From: Squalus acanthias
Taxonomy: Eukaryota
Assembly (NCBI GenBank): GCA_030390025.1
Contig: CM059432.1
Coordinates: 2,294,001-2,358,000 of the forward strand
Length of the DNA stretch: 64,000 nucleotides
Direction: 5' to 3'
Below the pieces are notes generated by a model that was not told where the DNA came from, searched no databases, and saw only the letters and a program-made list of their open reading frames with translations. Position numbers and translations under genes: made by a program. Positions 39,303-50,705 of this stretch are shown here, in pieces (position 1 is the first letter of the stretch; the number at the start of each line of letters is the position of its first letter).

Positions 39303-40274
39303 GAAAGTGGTAATATTTAGAAAAGTTTTAATATTTTGAATGTGGTAATATTTAGAAAAGTTTTAATTTTTAGCAAGTGGTAATATTTTGAAAAGTTGTA
39401 ATATTTAGAAAGTTGTAATATTTTGAAAAGTTGTAATATTTTGAAAACTTGTAATATTTAACAAGTTGTAATATTTTGAAACGTTGTAATATTTTGCAAA
39501 GTTGTAATATTTTGAAAATGTAATATTTTGAAAAGTTGTAATATTTTAAAAGTTCTAATATTTAGACATGTAATATTTTGAAAAGTAGTAATTTTTAGAA
39601 ATGTGTAATATTTTGGGAGTGGCAATATTTTGAAAAGTTGCAATATTTAGAATGTTGCAATATTTTGAAAAGTAATATTTTGAAAATGTCATATTTTGAA
39701 AGTGGTAATATTTATAAATGTTGTAATATTTAGAAAGTTGTAATATTTTGAAAAGTTGTAATATTTTGAAAACTTGTAATATTTAACAAGTTGTAATATT
39801 TTGAAACGTTGTAATATTTTGCAAAGTTGTAATATTTTGAAAATGTAATATTTTGAAAAGTTGTAATATTTTAAAAGTTCTAATATTTAGACATGTAATA
39901 TTTTGAAAAGTAGTAATTTTTAGAAATGTGTAATATTTTGGGAGTGGCAATATTTTGAAAAGTTGCAATATTTAGAATGTTGCAATATTTTGAAAAGTAA
40001 TATTTTGAAAATGTCATATTTTGAAAGTGGTAATATTTATAAATGTTGTAATATTTAGAAAGTTGTAATATTTTGAAAAGTTGTAATATTTAGAAAGTTG
40101 TAATATTTTGAAAGTTGCAATATTTTGAAAGTGGTAATATTTATAAATGTTGTAATATTTAGAAAGTTGTAATACTTTGAAAAGTTGTAATATTTAGAAA
40201 GTTGTAATATTTTGAAAGTGGTAACAGTTAGAAAGTTGTAATATTTGGAAAGTTGTAATATTTTGAAAAGTGGT

Positions 40275-43185
40275 AAGAACATAAGAACATAAGAACATAA
40301 GAAATAGGAGCAGGAGTAGGCCAATCGGCCCCTCGAGCCTGCTCCGCCATTCAATAAGATCATGGCTGATCTGATCCTAACCGCCAATCTACTATCTATC
40401 ACAGAACCATCTCCTGCATCTAACAGAATTGCACACACGAAATAGGAGCAGAATCAGGCTACACAGTCCCTGGGCCCGCTCCACTACCCACAGGGCCATG
40501 ACCGATCCGAACCTAGACTCATGTCCAAATTCCTGCCCGCTCCCCGTAACCCTTAATGCCCTTTACTTCTAGGAAACTGTCTATTTCTGTTTTAAATTTA
40601 ATTAATGTTGTAGCTTCTACAGCTTTTTGTGGCAGCATATTCCATGGACCTACCACCCTCTGAGTGAAGTAGTTCCTCCTCATCTCAGTTTTGAAAGAGC
40701 AGCCCCTTATTCTAAGACTATGTCCCCTAGTTCTCGTCTCACCCGTCATCGGGAACATCCTCCCCGCATCCACCCGATCCAACCCCTTCACAATCTTATA
40801 TGTTTCAATAAGATCGCCTCTCATTCTTCTGAACTCCAATGAGTAGAGTCCCAATCTACCCAACCTCTCCTCATATGACCACCCCCTCATCCCCGGGATT
40901 AACCGAGTGAACCTTTTTTGCACTGCTTCGAGAGCAAGGATGTCTTTCCTTAAGTAAGGACACCAAAACTGTATGCAGTATTCCAGGTGCGGTCTCACCA
41001 ATACCTTGTACAACTGAAGCAATACCTCCCTATTTTTATATTCTATCCCCCTAGCAATGAAAGCCAACATTCCATTTGCCTTCTTAATCACTTGCTGCAC
41101 CTGCATACTAACCTTTTGAGTTTCGTGCACCAGGACCCCCAGATCCCTTTGCACTTCAGTACTCTCCAGTTTCTTGCCATTAAGATAATAAATTGCTCTA
41201 GGATTTTTCCTGCCAAAGTGCATCACCTCACACTTTCCAGTGTTGTATTCCATCTGCCAAATCTCTGCCCACTTACTTAGCCTGTCTATGTCCCCTTGCA
41301 GGTTTTTTATGTCCTCCTCACTCACTACTTTCCCTCCCATCTTTGTATCATCTGCAAATTTTGATATGTTACACTTGGTCCCTTCCTCCAAATCGTTAAT
41401 ATAGATTGTGAAGAGTTGGGGACCCAGCACTGACCCCTGTGGAACACCACTAGTTACTGATTGCCAGTCTGAGAATGAACCATTTATCCCAACTCTTTGC
41501 TTTCTGTTAGATAGCCAATCCTCTATCCATGCCAGAATATTACCCCCAATCCCGTGATTTTTTACCTTAAGCAATAATCTTTTGTGTGGCACCTTGTCAA
41601 ATGCCTTTTGGAAGTCTAAATACACTACGTCCACTGGTTCCCCTTTATCCACTCTATATGTTACTTCCTCAAAGAACTCCAGCAAATTTGTCAAACATGA
41701 CTTCCCCTTCGTAAAACCATGCTGACTTTGTCCTATTAAATTATGATTATCCAAATGTCCTGTTACTGTTTCCTTAATAATGGACTCCAAAATTTTACCT
41801 ACCACAGATGTTAGGCTAACCGGTCTATAGTTACCAGCCTTCTGTCTACTGCCCTTTTTAAATAAGGGTGTTACATTAGCAGTTTTCCAGTCTGCCGGGA
41901 CCTTAGCGGAATCCAGGGAGTTTTGAAAAATTATTACCAATGCATCTACAATCCCTACCGCCACTTCCTTCAAGACTCTAGGATGTAAGCCATCAGGTCC
42001 AGGTGATTTATCCGCCTTGAGTCCCATTATTTTACCGAGTACCACTTCCTTAGTGATTTTGATCGTGTTTAGCTCCTCTCCCCCTATAGCCCCCTGTTTG
42101 TCCAGTGTTGGGATATTCTTAGTGTCCTCTACTGTAAAGACTGATACAAAATATTCATTCAGTGTTTTTGCCATCTCCATATTTCCCACCATTAATTTCC
42201 CGGTCTCATCCTCTAAGGGACCAACATTTACTTTAGCCACCCTTTTTCTTTTTATATAACTATAAAAACTCTTACTATCTGTTTTTATATTTTTTGCTAA
42301 TTTACTTTCATAATCTATCTTCCCTTTCTTAATCAATCTTTTTGTTATTTTTTGCTGCCTTTTAAAGTTTTCCCAATCCTCTGTCCTCCCACTAGATTTC
42401 GCTACCTTATATGCCCTTGTTTTTAGTCGAATACTATCCTTAATTTCTTTACTTAGCCACGGATGACTGTCCTTTCTTTTACACCCTTTTCTTTTCAGTG
42501 GAATATATTTTTTTTGGAAGTTGTAAAATAACTCCTTGAATGTACACCACTGATCATGTGTCGTCTTACCCTTTAATCTATTTTCCCAATCCACTCTACT
42601 CAATTCCGCTCGCATACCTTCATAGTCTCCTTTATTCAAGCTTAGCACGCTTGTTTGAGATCCAACCTTCTCACCCTCTAATTGAATATGGAATTCAACC
42701 ATGTTATGGTCACTCATTCCAAGGGGATCCTTTACTAGGACATTTTTAATTAATCCTGTCTCGTTACACAGGACCAGATCTAAGGTTGCTTGCCCCCTGG
42801 TCGGTTCAGTTACATACTGCTCAAGAAACCCATCCCTAATACACTCAATGAACTCATCCTCAAGGCAGCCCTGCCCCATTTGATTTGTCCAATTAATATG
42901 ATAGTTAAAATCCCCCATAATTATAGATGTTCCCTTATTACATGCCTCAACTATTTCCTGATTGATACTCCGTCCAATAGAGTTGCAACTGTTCGGAGGC
43001 CTATAGACTACGCCCACTAATGTTTTTTTCCCCTTATTATTCCTTATCTCCACCCAAACTGTTTCATTATCATGATTTTTTGACCCAATATCATTACTCT
43101 GTATTACAGTGATTCCTTCCTTTATTAACATAGCCACCCCACCTCCCCTTCCTTCCTGCCTGTCCTTCCTGATCGTTAAATAACC
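40275..43185 (-). mobile_element. 5'-truncated young CR1 LINE
   Basis: (TAAGAACA)n tail; candidate TSD TGGTAAGA at 40271-40278 and 43186-43193. Confidence 0.94.
40519..43185 (-). CDS. CR1 ORF2 (partial APE + RT), open but lacking its start
   Basis: 872-aa ORF in the track; the frame continues upstream as GYLTIRKDRQEGRGGGV to the truncation point. Confidence 0.88.
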   Translation of the reverse strand, partial: GYLTIRKDRQEGRGGGVAMLIKEGITVIQSNDIGSKNHDNETVWVEIRNNKGKKTLVGVVYRPPNSCNSIGRSINQEIVEACNKGTSIIMGDFNYHINWTNQMGQGCLEDEFIECIRDGFLEQYVTEPTRGQATLDLVLCNETGLIKNVLVKDPLGMSDHNMVEFHIQLEGEKVGSQTSVLSLNKGDYEGMRAELSRVDWENRLKGKTTHDQWCTFKELFYNFQKKYIPLKRKGCKRKDSHPWLSKEIKDSIRLKTRAYKVAKSSGRTEDWENFKRQQKITKRLIKKGKIDYESKLAKNIKTDSKSFYSYIKRKRVAKVNVGPLEDETGKLMVGNMEMAKTLNEYFVSVFTVEDTKNIPTLDKQGAIGGEELNTIKITKEVVLGKIMGLKADKSPGPDGLHPRVLKEVAVGIVDALVIIFQNSLDSAKVPADWKTANVTPLFKKGSRQKAGNYRPVSLTSVVGKILESIIKETVTGHLDNHNLIGQSQHGFTKGKSCLTNLLEFFEEVTYRVDKGEPVDVVYLDFQKAFDKVPHKRLLLKVKNHGIGGNILAWIEDWLSNRKQRVGINGSFSDWQSVTSGVPQGSVLGPQLFTIYINDLEEGTKCNISKFADDTKMGGKVVSEEDIKNLQGDIDRLSKWAEIWQMEYNTGKCEVMHFGRKNPRAIYYLNGKKLESTEVQRDLGVLVHETQKVSMQVQQVIKKANGMLAFIARGIEYKNREVLLQLYKVLVRPHLEYCIQFWCPYLRKDILALEAVQKRFTRLIPGMRGWSYEERLGRLGLYSLEFRRMRGDLIETYKIVKGLDRVDAGRMFPMTGETRTRGHSLRIRGCSFKTEMRRNYFTQRVVGPWNMLPQKAVEATTLIKFKTEIDSFLEVKGIKGYGERAGIWT

Positions 43186-43846
43186 TGGTAAGATTTAGAA
43201 AGTTGTAATATTTTGAAAAGTTGTAATATTTAGAAAGTTGTAATATTTAGAAAAGATGTAATATTTAGAAAGTTGTAATATTTTGAAAAGTGGTAAGATT
43301 TAGAAAGTTGCAATATTTTGAAAGTTGTAATATTTAGAAAAGTTGTAATATTTAGAAAGTTGTAATATTTTGAAAAGCGGTAAGATTTAGAAAGTTGCAA
43401 TATTTTGAAAGTTGTAATATTTAGAAAAGTTGTAATATTTAGAAAGTTGTAATATTTTGAAAATTGTAATATTTTGAAAAGTGGTAAGATTTAGAGGGGG
43501 GAAAATTTAGTATCGCCCCATTTGGGGCGCAATTATCGGCCGGGCGCAAAGATTAGCGCCTGGCGCTAATTATCGCTTCCGACTGCAAACTTGACTTTTA
43601 TCGCCCCTGGAGGTGATTGGAGCGCTAAATCAGGCGCTACACACCTGTCTTAAGGCGCAAAGGCCGAGGAGCGAGGCGCTACCTCAGAGCGCGGGCGCAG
43701 CACAGGTGCTGTCAGTTAGCAATGGAACACAGACACACTGGCGCCGGCCAGTTCTTAAAGGGGAGGCTTGATCTTGCTCTCCAGCTCATTGGAGCCTTGA
43801 ATCTCGGCCTGGAGAGACCTGTGCCTAAATCTTCCAGCCAAGGACT

Positions 43847-45593
43847 ATGGAGAGGGTGAGAGTACGAGCTCAGCGCTTCAGCGAGCGGGCCTTGGATGCT
43901 CTGGTTGGCGCGGTAGAGCGCAGAAGGTCTATACTCTTCCCTGAGAGTGGCAGGAGGCCTTTGCCGCACGATTACAGAAGAGTATGGAGGGAGGTGGCTC
44001 AGAGCGTCTCCTCCAGGAGCATGGTGCCCAGGACCCATACTCAATGTCGAAATAAGTTCAACGACCTCACTCGGGTCGTCAGGGTGAGTGGCTTTTTTTC
44101 AATACCTCACCATCACTCCATCTCAACCTCACTCTATGGCCAGAGGGTCTTAAAACCCCAATGCCCAACACTCATCCAACACCTATGGCCCTCTCATGAA
44201 ACACACACGTACAGTAAGGCTATTCACCTATGGGAGGCACATCAGGCAAGACCATGGCTGTATATTTACTCAGACGCCGTCCTTTTTCTTGCAGGCCAAG
44301 CTATCTCATAACAGGAGACAGCAGCAACGAATGGGTGGAGGGCGGCCTCAGCTGCAACCCCTCAGCGATCTTGAGGCGCGCGTCCACAGGATTGTGGCAA
44401 GCCGGGTGATCGGTCCCGTCGCCACTGGAGACGCCGACCCCGTTCTGGACAGTAATGGTAAGGTCATCACCTTTTTGTCCTCTCTCCTTCCACTTGTCCC
44501 TCACAACACCAGCCTTTGACACTTTCAATCCAACTTACTAAATCGCTCCAGTCCTTGCTCCCTTACTACCCCCCTGTCCTCACGCTAAAGCCACTCTTGT
44601 ACCTCCCTGCTTTCAGATGGTGATTCACCAGCTGAGGAGACGGGCCCTCAAGCTGCCAGTGGGAGTGAAGCTGCAGCCGAGGAGGAAGAGGAAGCCGGAG
44701 CATCAGTGCCACCCTCTCCCGAGGAAGCCCATGCCCACACTGGGAACACGCCTTCCCTGGAGGGGAGCAGGGGGGAAGGGTCTGATGAGGGTGAAGCTCC
44801 AGGACCCAGCGGGCTGCAGCAACGCGATGGGGGTAGGGAAGCTCGGGGGCCTTCTCCCCGGAGGGAGTGTATGCCAGCGAGTCCTGCTGCACTGGACGCA
44901 GAGGAGGAGCAGCTGATCGCTGAAATGAACACCCAGGCGGTGGACATGCACACTGAGCTCATGGGTGCAGTGGGAAGGGTGCCCGAATGCATTGAATCAC
45001 TGGCAAGGAGTGTGGAGCACTTCGCTGTAGCACAGGCTCATGCCACGCTAAAGCTTAGTGCTGCAATTCAGTCACTGGCTGCCATGAACCCATCTCAGAC
45101 TGCTCTCATGTAGACTCAGATTGAGGCCACGCAAGCACTGACTGCTGCCATCCTCGATGGTTCAGACACATTTCCCTGGGGCTCTCACCGCGCCGCAGCA
45201 GGCCAGCAATCTGTGCTCTAGCAGATTGCTCCGGATGCTGAAGTGCTGCCCCGTGGGAGTGCCAGTGTGTCGGTCGAGCAGGGAGTTGCTGTCCTCTCTC
45301 AAGATGACAGCATTCCTGCTGCCACCACTGTCACTTCTCCATTGCACTTGCCACCAGCTGTAGGACAGACTGCTGCCGCCCATGCAGAGTTGGTGCAGTC
45401 TGCAGCCGGGCCCTCCAGGCCCAGAGCTGGTCGAGGACGTCCTTCAAGGGCATCTGCAGTCTCAGGTTCTGACAATCAGCAGCCTTCCACCAGCCTTGCT
45501 GCAGCCACTGGGGTCCCATTACGGAGGAGCAGTAGGGTGGGAAGGGGGGAAGTGCGCAAGGGTAGGAGATCACCCTCGAAGGGCAAAAAGTAG
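43847..45593 (+). pseudogene. Myb/SANT-like gene of copy 3
   Basis: Exons 43847-44083, 44295-44457 and 44617-45593; exons 1 and 2 are the same size as in copy 2; in-frame TAG at 45111 and 45219. Confidence 0.85.
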
Positions 45594-45903
45594 GAGGTGT
45601 GACAAAATGTTGGTCATTTTTTTTTAAAGGCCGAGGTTCGTGGTCAAACTTTTGTTTAGTGTTTTGGACATTATCTCCAGGTTGTGAGAACCAGTTATGT
45701 TAATGACTGTGTTTTTGTGTTTCTTTCTATTAGTTTGTCATGAGGAAATGACACACACAGAGTTTGTGAAATAAATAAGTTTTTGTATTCAAAATGTACA
45801 TGTTTGGTCTTTGGAATCATTGCTGCCTTGGCCGGCTTAGGGGTTGCGGGTTGGTTTCATTCATGTTGTTCTCAATAGCAGGAGCCATTTCCTCAGCAGG
45901 GGC

Positions 45904-47064
45904 CTAGACGCGGCTTGCTATCAGCCGTTGACGGACGGCCCTTCCCGTTTCTACATTGTGGGCCTCCCTCCCGCCTTGGTGCTGCTGATGATCATCCTTC
46001 TCATCTTCCTCCTCCTCTTCCTCCTCCTCCTCTGGTGGTGCTCCAAGGCCTGGTGGCATTGGCTGGGTCCTGAGGATTGCCAGGTTATGCAGCATGCAGC
46101 ACACAACAACGAAGAGGGAGACTCACTCAGGCGAGTACTGCAGGGCTCCTCCAGAATGGTCCAAACAGCGGAACCGTTGCTTGAGCATGCCGATTGTGTG
46201 CTCAACAATGTTCTTGGTGGCGAGATGGCTCTGGTTGTACCGCAGCTCAGCAGGGGTGTTGGGCGTGCGGAGCGGTGTCATCAGCCAGGTGCTCAGTGGA
46301 TATCCCTTGTCCCCGAGAAGTCAACCACCTGGGTGATGTGGTGCCTGGAAAAGTTCAGCCACAGTAGTGTGGCGCAGGATGTATGCATCATTGCTGCTGC
46401 CAGGATAGCAGGCATTGACAGCGAGTATCAGCTGTCTGTGGTCACAGACCAACTGCACGTTTAAGGAATGGAACCCCTTTCGGTTGCGGAAATCCTCTGC
46501 ATTCTCATACGGAGCATGCAAAGCCACATGCGTGCAGTCAATGGTGCCCTGCACCATGGGGAAGCCCGCTATCCTCACAAAGCCCATAGCGCGTTCATGC
46601 TGCTTGGCCGGGGTCATGGGGAAAGAGATGAACTCTCATCTCCTTTTATAGAGGACATTTGTGACCTGACGGATGCAGCAATGGACCGCGAACTGGGAGA
46701 TATTGGCGATGTCCCCAGTAGCTGACTGAAATTAACCGGTGGCATAAAAGTTCAGAGCCACTGTGACCTTCACTGCCACCGACAGAGACGCCCTGCTCCT
46801 CAGTTGAGGCTGCAGATCTGGCTGCAGCAGGTGGCAGAGCTCAGTGACCACCTCCTTGCTGAAGCGCAGCCTTCGCAAACACTGCTCCTCAGACATATGA
46901 ATGTAGGAGAATTGTTGGCGAAATACCCTGGGAGGGTAAGGTCTCCTGTACAGAGGCCTGTTGGCGCTCCTCCGTCTGGCCATGCTTGCCACTCTCTCTC
47001 TGTGTCTCTGTGGCCTCCGATTCTGCTGTCGCAGGACGACGCCCCCAATTAGTGCAGCCCCCAC
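45904..47064 (-). pseudogene. Harbinger transposase of copy 3
   Basis: Same 1161-nt span as copy 1; GTG in place of ATG; in-frame stops near 46732, 46636, 46321 and 46123. Confidence 0.88.
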
Positions 47065-47689
47065 ATTCTCTTGGCAATCAAAGTAATGTAGGTCAAAAAC
47101 CAAAGTACCTCTTTCTCTCTCTCAAAATCTCTCTCTCTCACTCAGAACGAGTGGTGCAAAAATGTCAACCACAGAGAAAGCCAGGAAGAGGCCCCCTTTA
47201 AATTGCGCCCCCCCAGCCCCACAGCGACTGGGGAGCGTTCCAGTCTACCTGTCGTTGGTTGCGCTAGGCGGAAAGGAGGGGGGCGCCACTCAATTTCCGT
47301 TCCGGGGCACCCCAAGGGCGTTGTACGCTCGAATGACGTCAAGATCTGCGTGCGCAGGACATTGGGTCGGCATTGTTTAGCGCGCCGCAAAACGTCCGGT
47401 CAATTTCGCGAGAGGCGCAGATATCGCCGCGTCCGGGCGGGAGTTGCTTTGCGTCCCATTAGCGCCCACTTAAGGCACTAAAGGGAGGCGCAAACCAACT
47501 GAATTTTCCCCACGTAATGTTTTGAAAAGTTATAATATTTTGAAAGGTTTTAATATTTTGCAAGTGGTAATATTTAGAAAGTGGTAATATTTTGAGAAGT
47601 TGTAATATTTAGAAAGTTGTAATATTTAGAAAGTTGCAATATTTTGAAAGTGGTAATATTTTAAAAATGTAATATTTTGAAAAGTTGTA

Positions 47690-48582
47690 GGGGTAGAAAT
47701 TAGGACGCGCCCCATTTGGGGCGCAAATATCGTCTGGACGCAAATATTAGCGCCTGGCGCTAATTATCGGCACTGACAGGAAACTTCACTTTTACCGCCC
47801 CGGGAGGTGAGTGGAGCGCTAAATCAGGCGCTGCACACCTGTCTTAAGGCGCAAAGGCCAAGGAGTGAGGCGCTAACTCAGAGCGCTGATGAAGCTCATG
47901 TAATGTCAGTCAGCAATGAAACACACACACAATGGCACGGGCCAGTTCTTAAAGGGGATGGTTAATCTTGCTTTCCATCCACATCCTGTTCATTGCAGCC
48001 TTGAATCTTGGCCTGGAGAGACTTGCACATCAAATGTGCTGGAAAGAACAATGGAGAGTAACAGGCAAAGAGCTCAGAGTGCAGCTCCCACAGTCTCTGC
48101 TAAATCGATACAAGGAATGGCAAATCAAAATGAACCTGCAAAGTGCTGCTCAGTACCCAAAACTCCTTCCCACAACGTTGAATCTCTCCAGAAGTCTCTC
48201 CCTCTCTCTCTCAGAATGCGTAGTTCAAAAATGCCACCAACAATAAAAGACAGGAAGAGGCCCCCTTTAAATAGCGCCCCCCCCAGCCCCACAGCGATTG
48301 ATAGCGTTCCAGTTTTCTGGTCGTTGGATGCGCCAGGCGGTAAGGCAGGGGGCGCCACTCAATTTCCGCTCCGGGGCGCCACAAGGGCGTTGCACCATGG
48401 AATGACGTCACAATCTGCGCGCGCAGGTGGTCGCAGCGGTAAGTTTTAGCGCCGCCGCACAATCTCAAGTTAAGTTCTCGAGCGGCGCAAACATCGCTGC
48501 GCACGGGCGTTAGCGGCTTTGCGCCCCATTAGCGCCCTCTTAAGGCGCTAACGGGAGGCGCAACCAAGTGAATTTTTACCCC
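47690..48582 (-). mobile_element. Non-autonomous Harbinger with copy-1/2-type ends
   Basis: TIRs GGGGTAGAAATTAGG / AATTTTTACCCC; TSD GTA. Confidence 0.92.
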
Positions 48583-49429
48583 GTAATATTTTGAAAGTGG
48601 TAACATTTAGAAAGTTGTAATTTTTAGAAATTTGTAATATTTTGAAAATGTAATATTTTGAAAGGTAATATTTTGAAAAGTTGTAATATTTTGAAAATGT
48701 AATATTTTGAATGGTAATATTTTGAAAAGTTGCAATATTTTGAAAGTGGTAATATTTTAAAATTGTAATATTTTGAATAGTTGTAATATATTGAAAGATT
48801 TAATATTTAGAAAGTTGTAATATTTTGAAAAGTTTTACTATTATGAAAGTGGTAATATTTAGTAAGTTGTAATATTTTGAAAAGTTGTAATATTTTGAAA
48901 GTTGTAATATTTTAGAAAGTTGTAATATTTTGAAAAGTTGTAATATTTTGAAAGTTGTAATATTTAGTAAGTTGTAATATTTTGAAAATTGGTAAGATTT
49001 AGAAAGTGGTAATATTTTAAAAATGTAATATTTTGTAAAGTTGTAATATTTTGAAAGTTGTAATATTTAGAAAGATTTAATATTTTGAAACTGGTAATAT
49101 TTAGAAAGTTGTAATTTTTAAGATATGTAATGTTTTGAAAAGTTGTATTATTTTGAAAGTAGTAATATTTTGAAAAGTTTTAATATTTAGAAAGTGGTAA
49201 TATTTAGAAAGTTGTAATATTTTGCAAAGTTGTAATATTTTGAAAATGTAATATTTAGAAAGTTGTAATATTTTGAAAAGTTGTAATATTTTGAAAGTAG
49301 TAATATTTTGATAAGTTGTAATCTTTAGAAAGTTGTAATATTTTACAAGTGGCAATATTTTGAAAAGTTGCGATATTTAGAAAGTTGTAATATTTAGAAA
49401 GTTGTAATATTTTGAAAGTGGTTAGATTT

Positions 49430-49494
49430 CCTTGTCTTTTCTCTTTAGCATTCTAAATTTCTCTTCACCGGGACCCTCCCCCCACTTATTTAGT
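49430..49494 (-). other. Short non-satellite insert, possibly a CR1 ORF1/ORF2 junction remnant
   Basis: Minus strand reads ACTAAATAAGTGGGGGGAGGGTCCCGG, reminiscent of the end of CR1 ORF1. Confidence 0.3.
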
Positions 49495-49810
49495 ATATTT
49501 TGAAAGTAGTAATATTGTGAAAAGTTGTGATATTTAGAAAGTTGTAATATTTTGAAAAGTTGTAATATTTAGAAAGTTGTAATATTTTGAAAGTAGTAAT
49601 ATTTTGAAAAGTTGTAATATTTAGAAAGTTGTAATATTTTGAAAAGTTGTAATATTTTGAAAGTAGTAATATTTTGAAAAGTTGTAATATTTAGAAAGTT
49701 GTAACATTTTCAAAAAGTTACAACATTTTGAAAGCGGTAATATTTTGAAAAGTGGGATTATTTTGAAAATGTTTAATATTTTGAAAAGTTGCAACATTTT
49801 GAAAGTTGTA

Positions 49811-50705
49811 GGGGGAGAAATTCAGTATCGCCCCATTTGGGGCGCAATTATCGGCCGGGCGCAAAGATTAGCGCCTGGCACTAATTATCGCCACCGACTG
49901 CAAACTTGACTTTTATCGCCCCTGGAGGTGATTGCAGCGCTAAATCAGGCGCTTCACACCTGTCTTAAGGCGCAAAGGCCGAGGAGCGAGGCGCTACCTC
50001 AGAGCGCTGGCGAAGCTCATGTGATGTCAGTCAGCAATGGAACACACACACAATGGCACGGGCCAGTTCTTAAAGGGGATGGTTAATCTTGCTTTCCATC
50101 CACATCCTGCTCATTGCAGCCTTGAATCTCGGCCTGGAGAGACCTGCACATCAAATCTGCTGGAAAGAACAATGGAGAGTACCAGGCAAAGAGCTCAGAG
50201 TGATGCCCCCACAGTCTCTGCTAAATCGATACATGGAATGGCAAATCAAAATGAACCTGCAAAGTGCTGCTCAGTACCCAAAACTCCTTCACACAATGTT
50301 GAATTTCTCCAGAAGTCTCTCCCTCTCTCTCTCTCAGAATGCATAGTTCAAAAATGGCACAAACAATAAAAGGCAGGAAGCGGTCACCTTTAAATAGCGC
50401 TCCCCCTTTCCCTACATGACTGCAGAACGCTCCCCTCAACCTGTCGTTGCTAGCGTCAGGCGGTAAGGCAGGGGGTGCCACTCAATATCCGCTCCGGGGC
50501 GATACCGGGGCATTGCGCACTCGAGTGACGTCACGATCCGCCGGCGCAGGAGATCGTGGCGGTAGTGTTTAGCGCCGCCGCAAAATGTCTAGTTAATTTT
50601 GCGAGCGGCGCAAACTTCGCCGCGCCTGGGCGCTAGATGCTTTGCGCCCCATTAGCGCCCTCTTAAGGCGCTAACGGGAGGCGCAACCAACTGAATTTTT
50701 CCCCC
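49811..50705 (-). mobile_element. Non-autonomous Harbinger derivative (family of 8942)
   Basis: TIRs GGGGGAGAAATTCAG / CTGAATTTTTCCCCC; TSD GTA. Confidence 0.92.

Larger units (their letters stand above)
43496..47513 (-). mobile_element. Older autonomous Harbinger (related subfamily), copy 3, inactivated
   Basis: TIRs GGGGGGAAAATTTAG / CTGAATTTTCCCCAC; inverted relative to copies 1 and 2; flanks AGA versus GTA do not match. Confidence 0.92.

Noticed and set aside
9877..49355. Many minus-strand ORFs such as FQNITTFKILQLSKYYNF
   Set aside because: These are translations of the stop-poor strand of the satellite.
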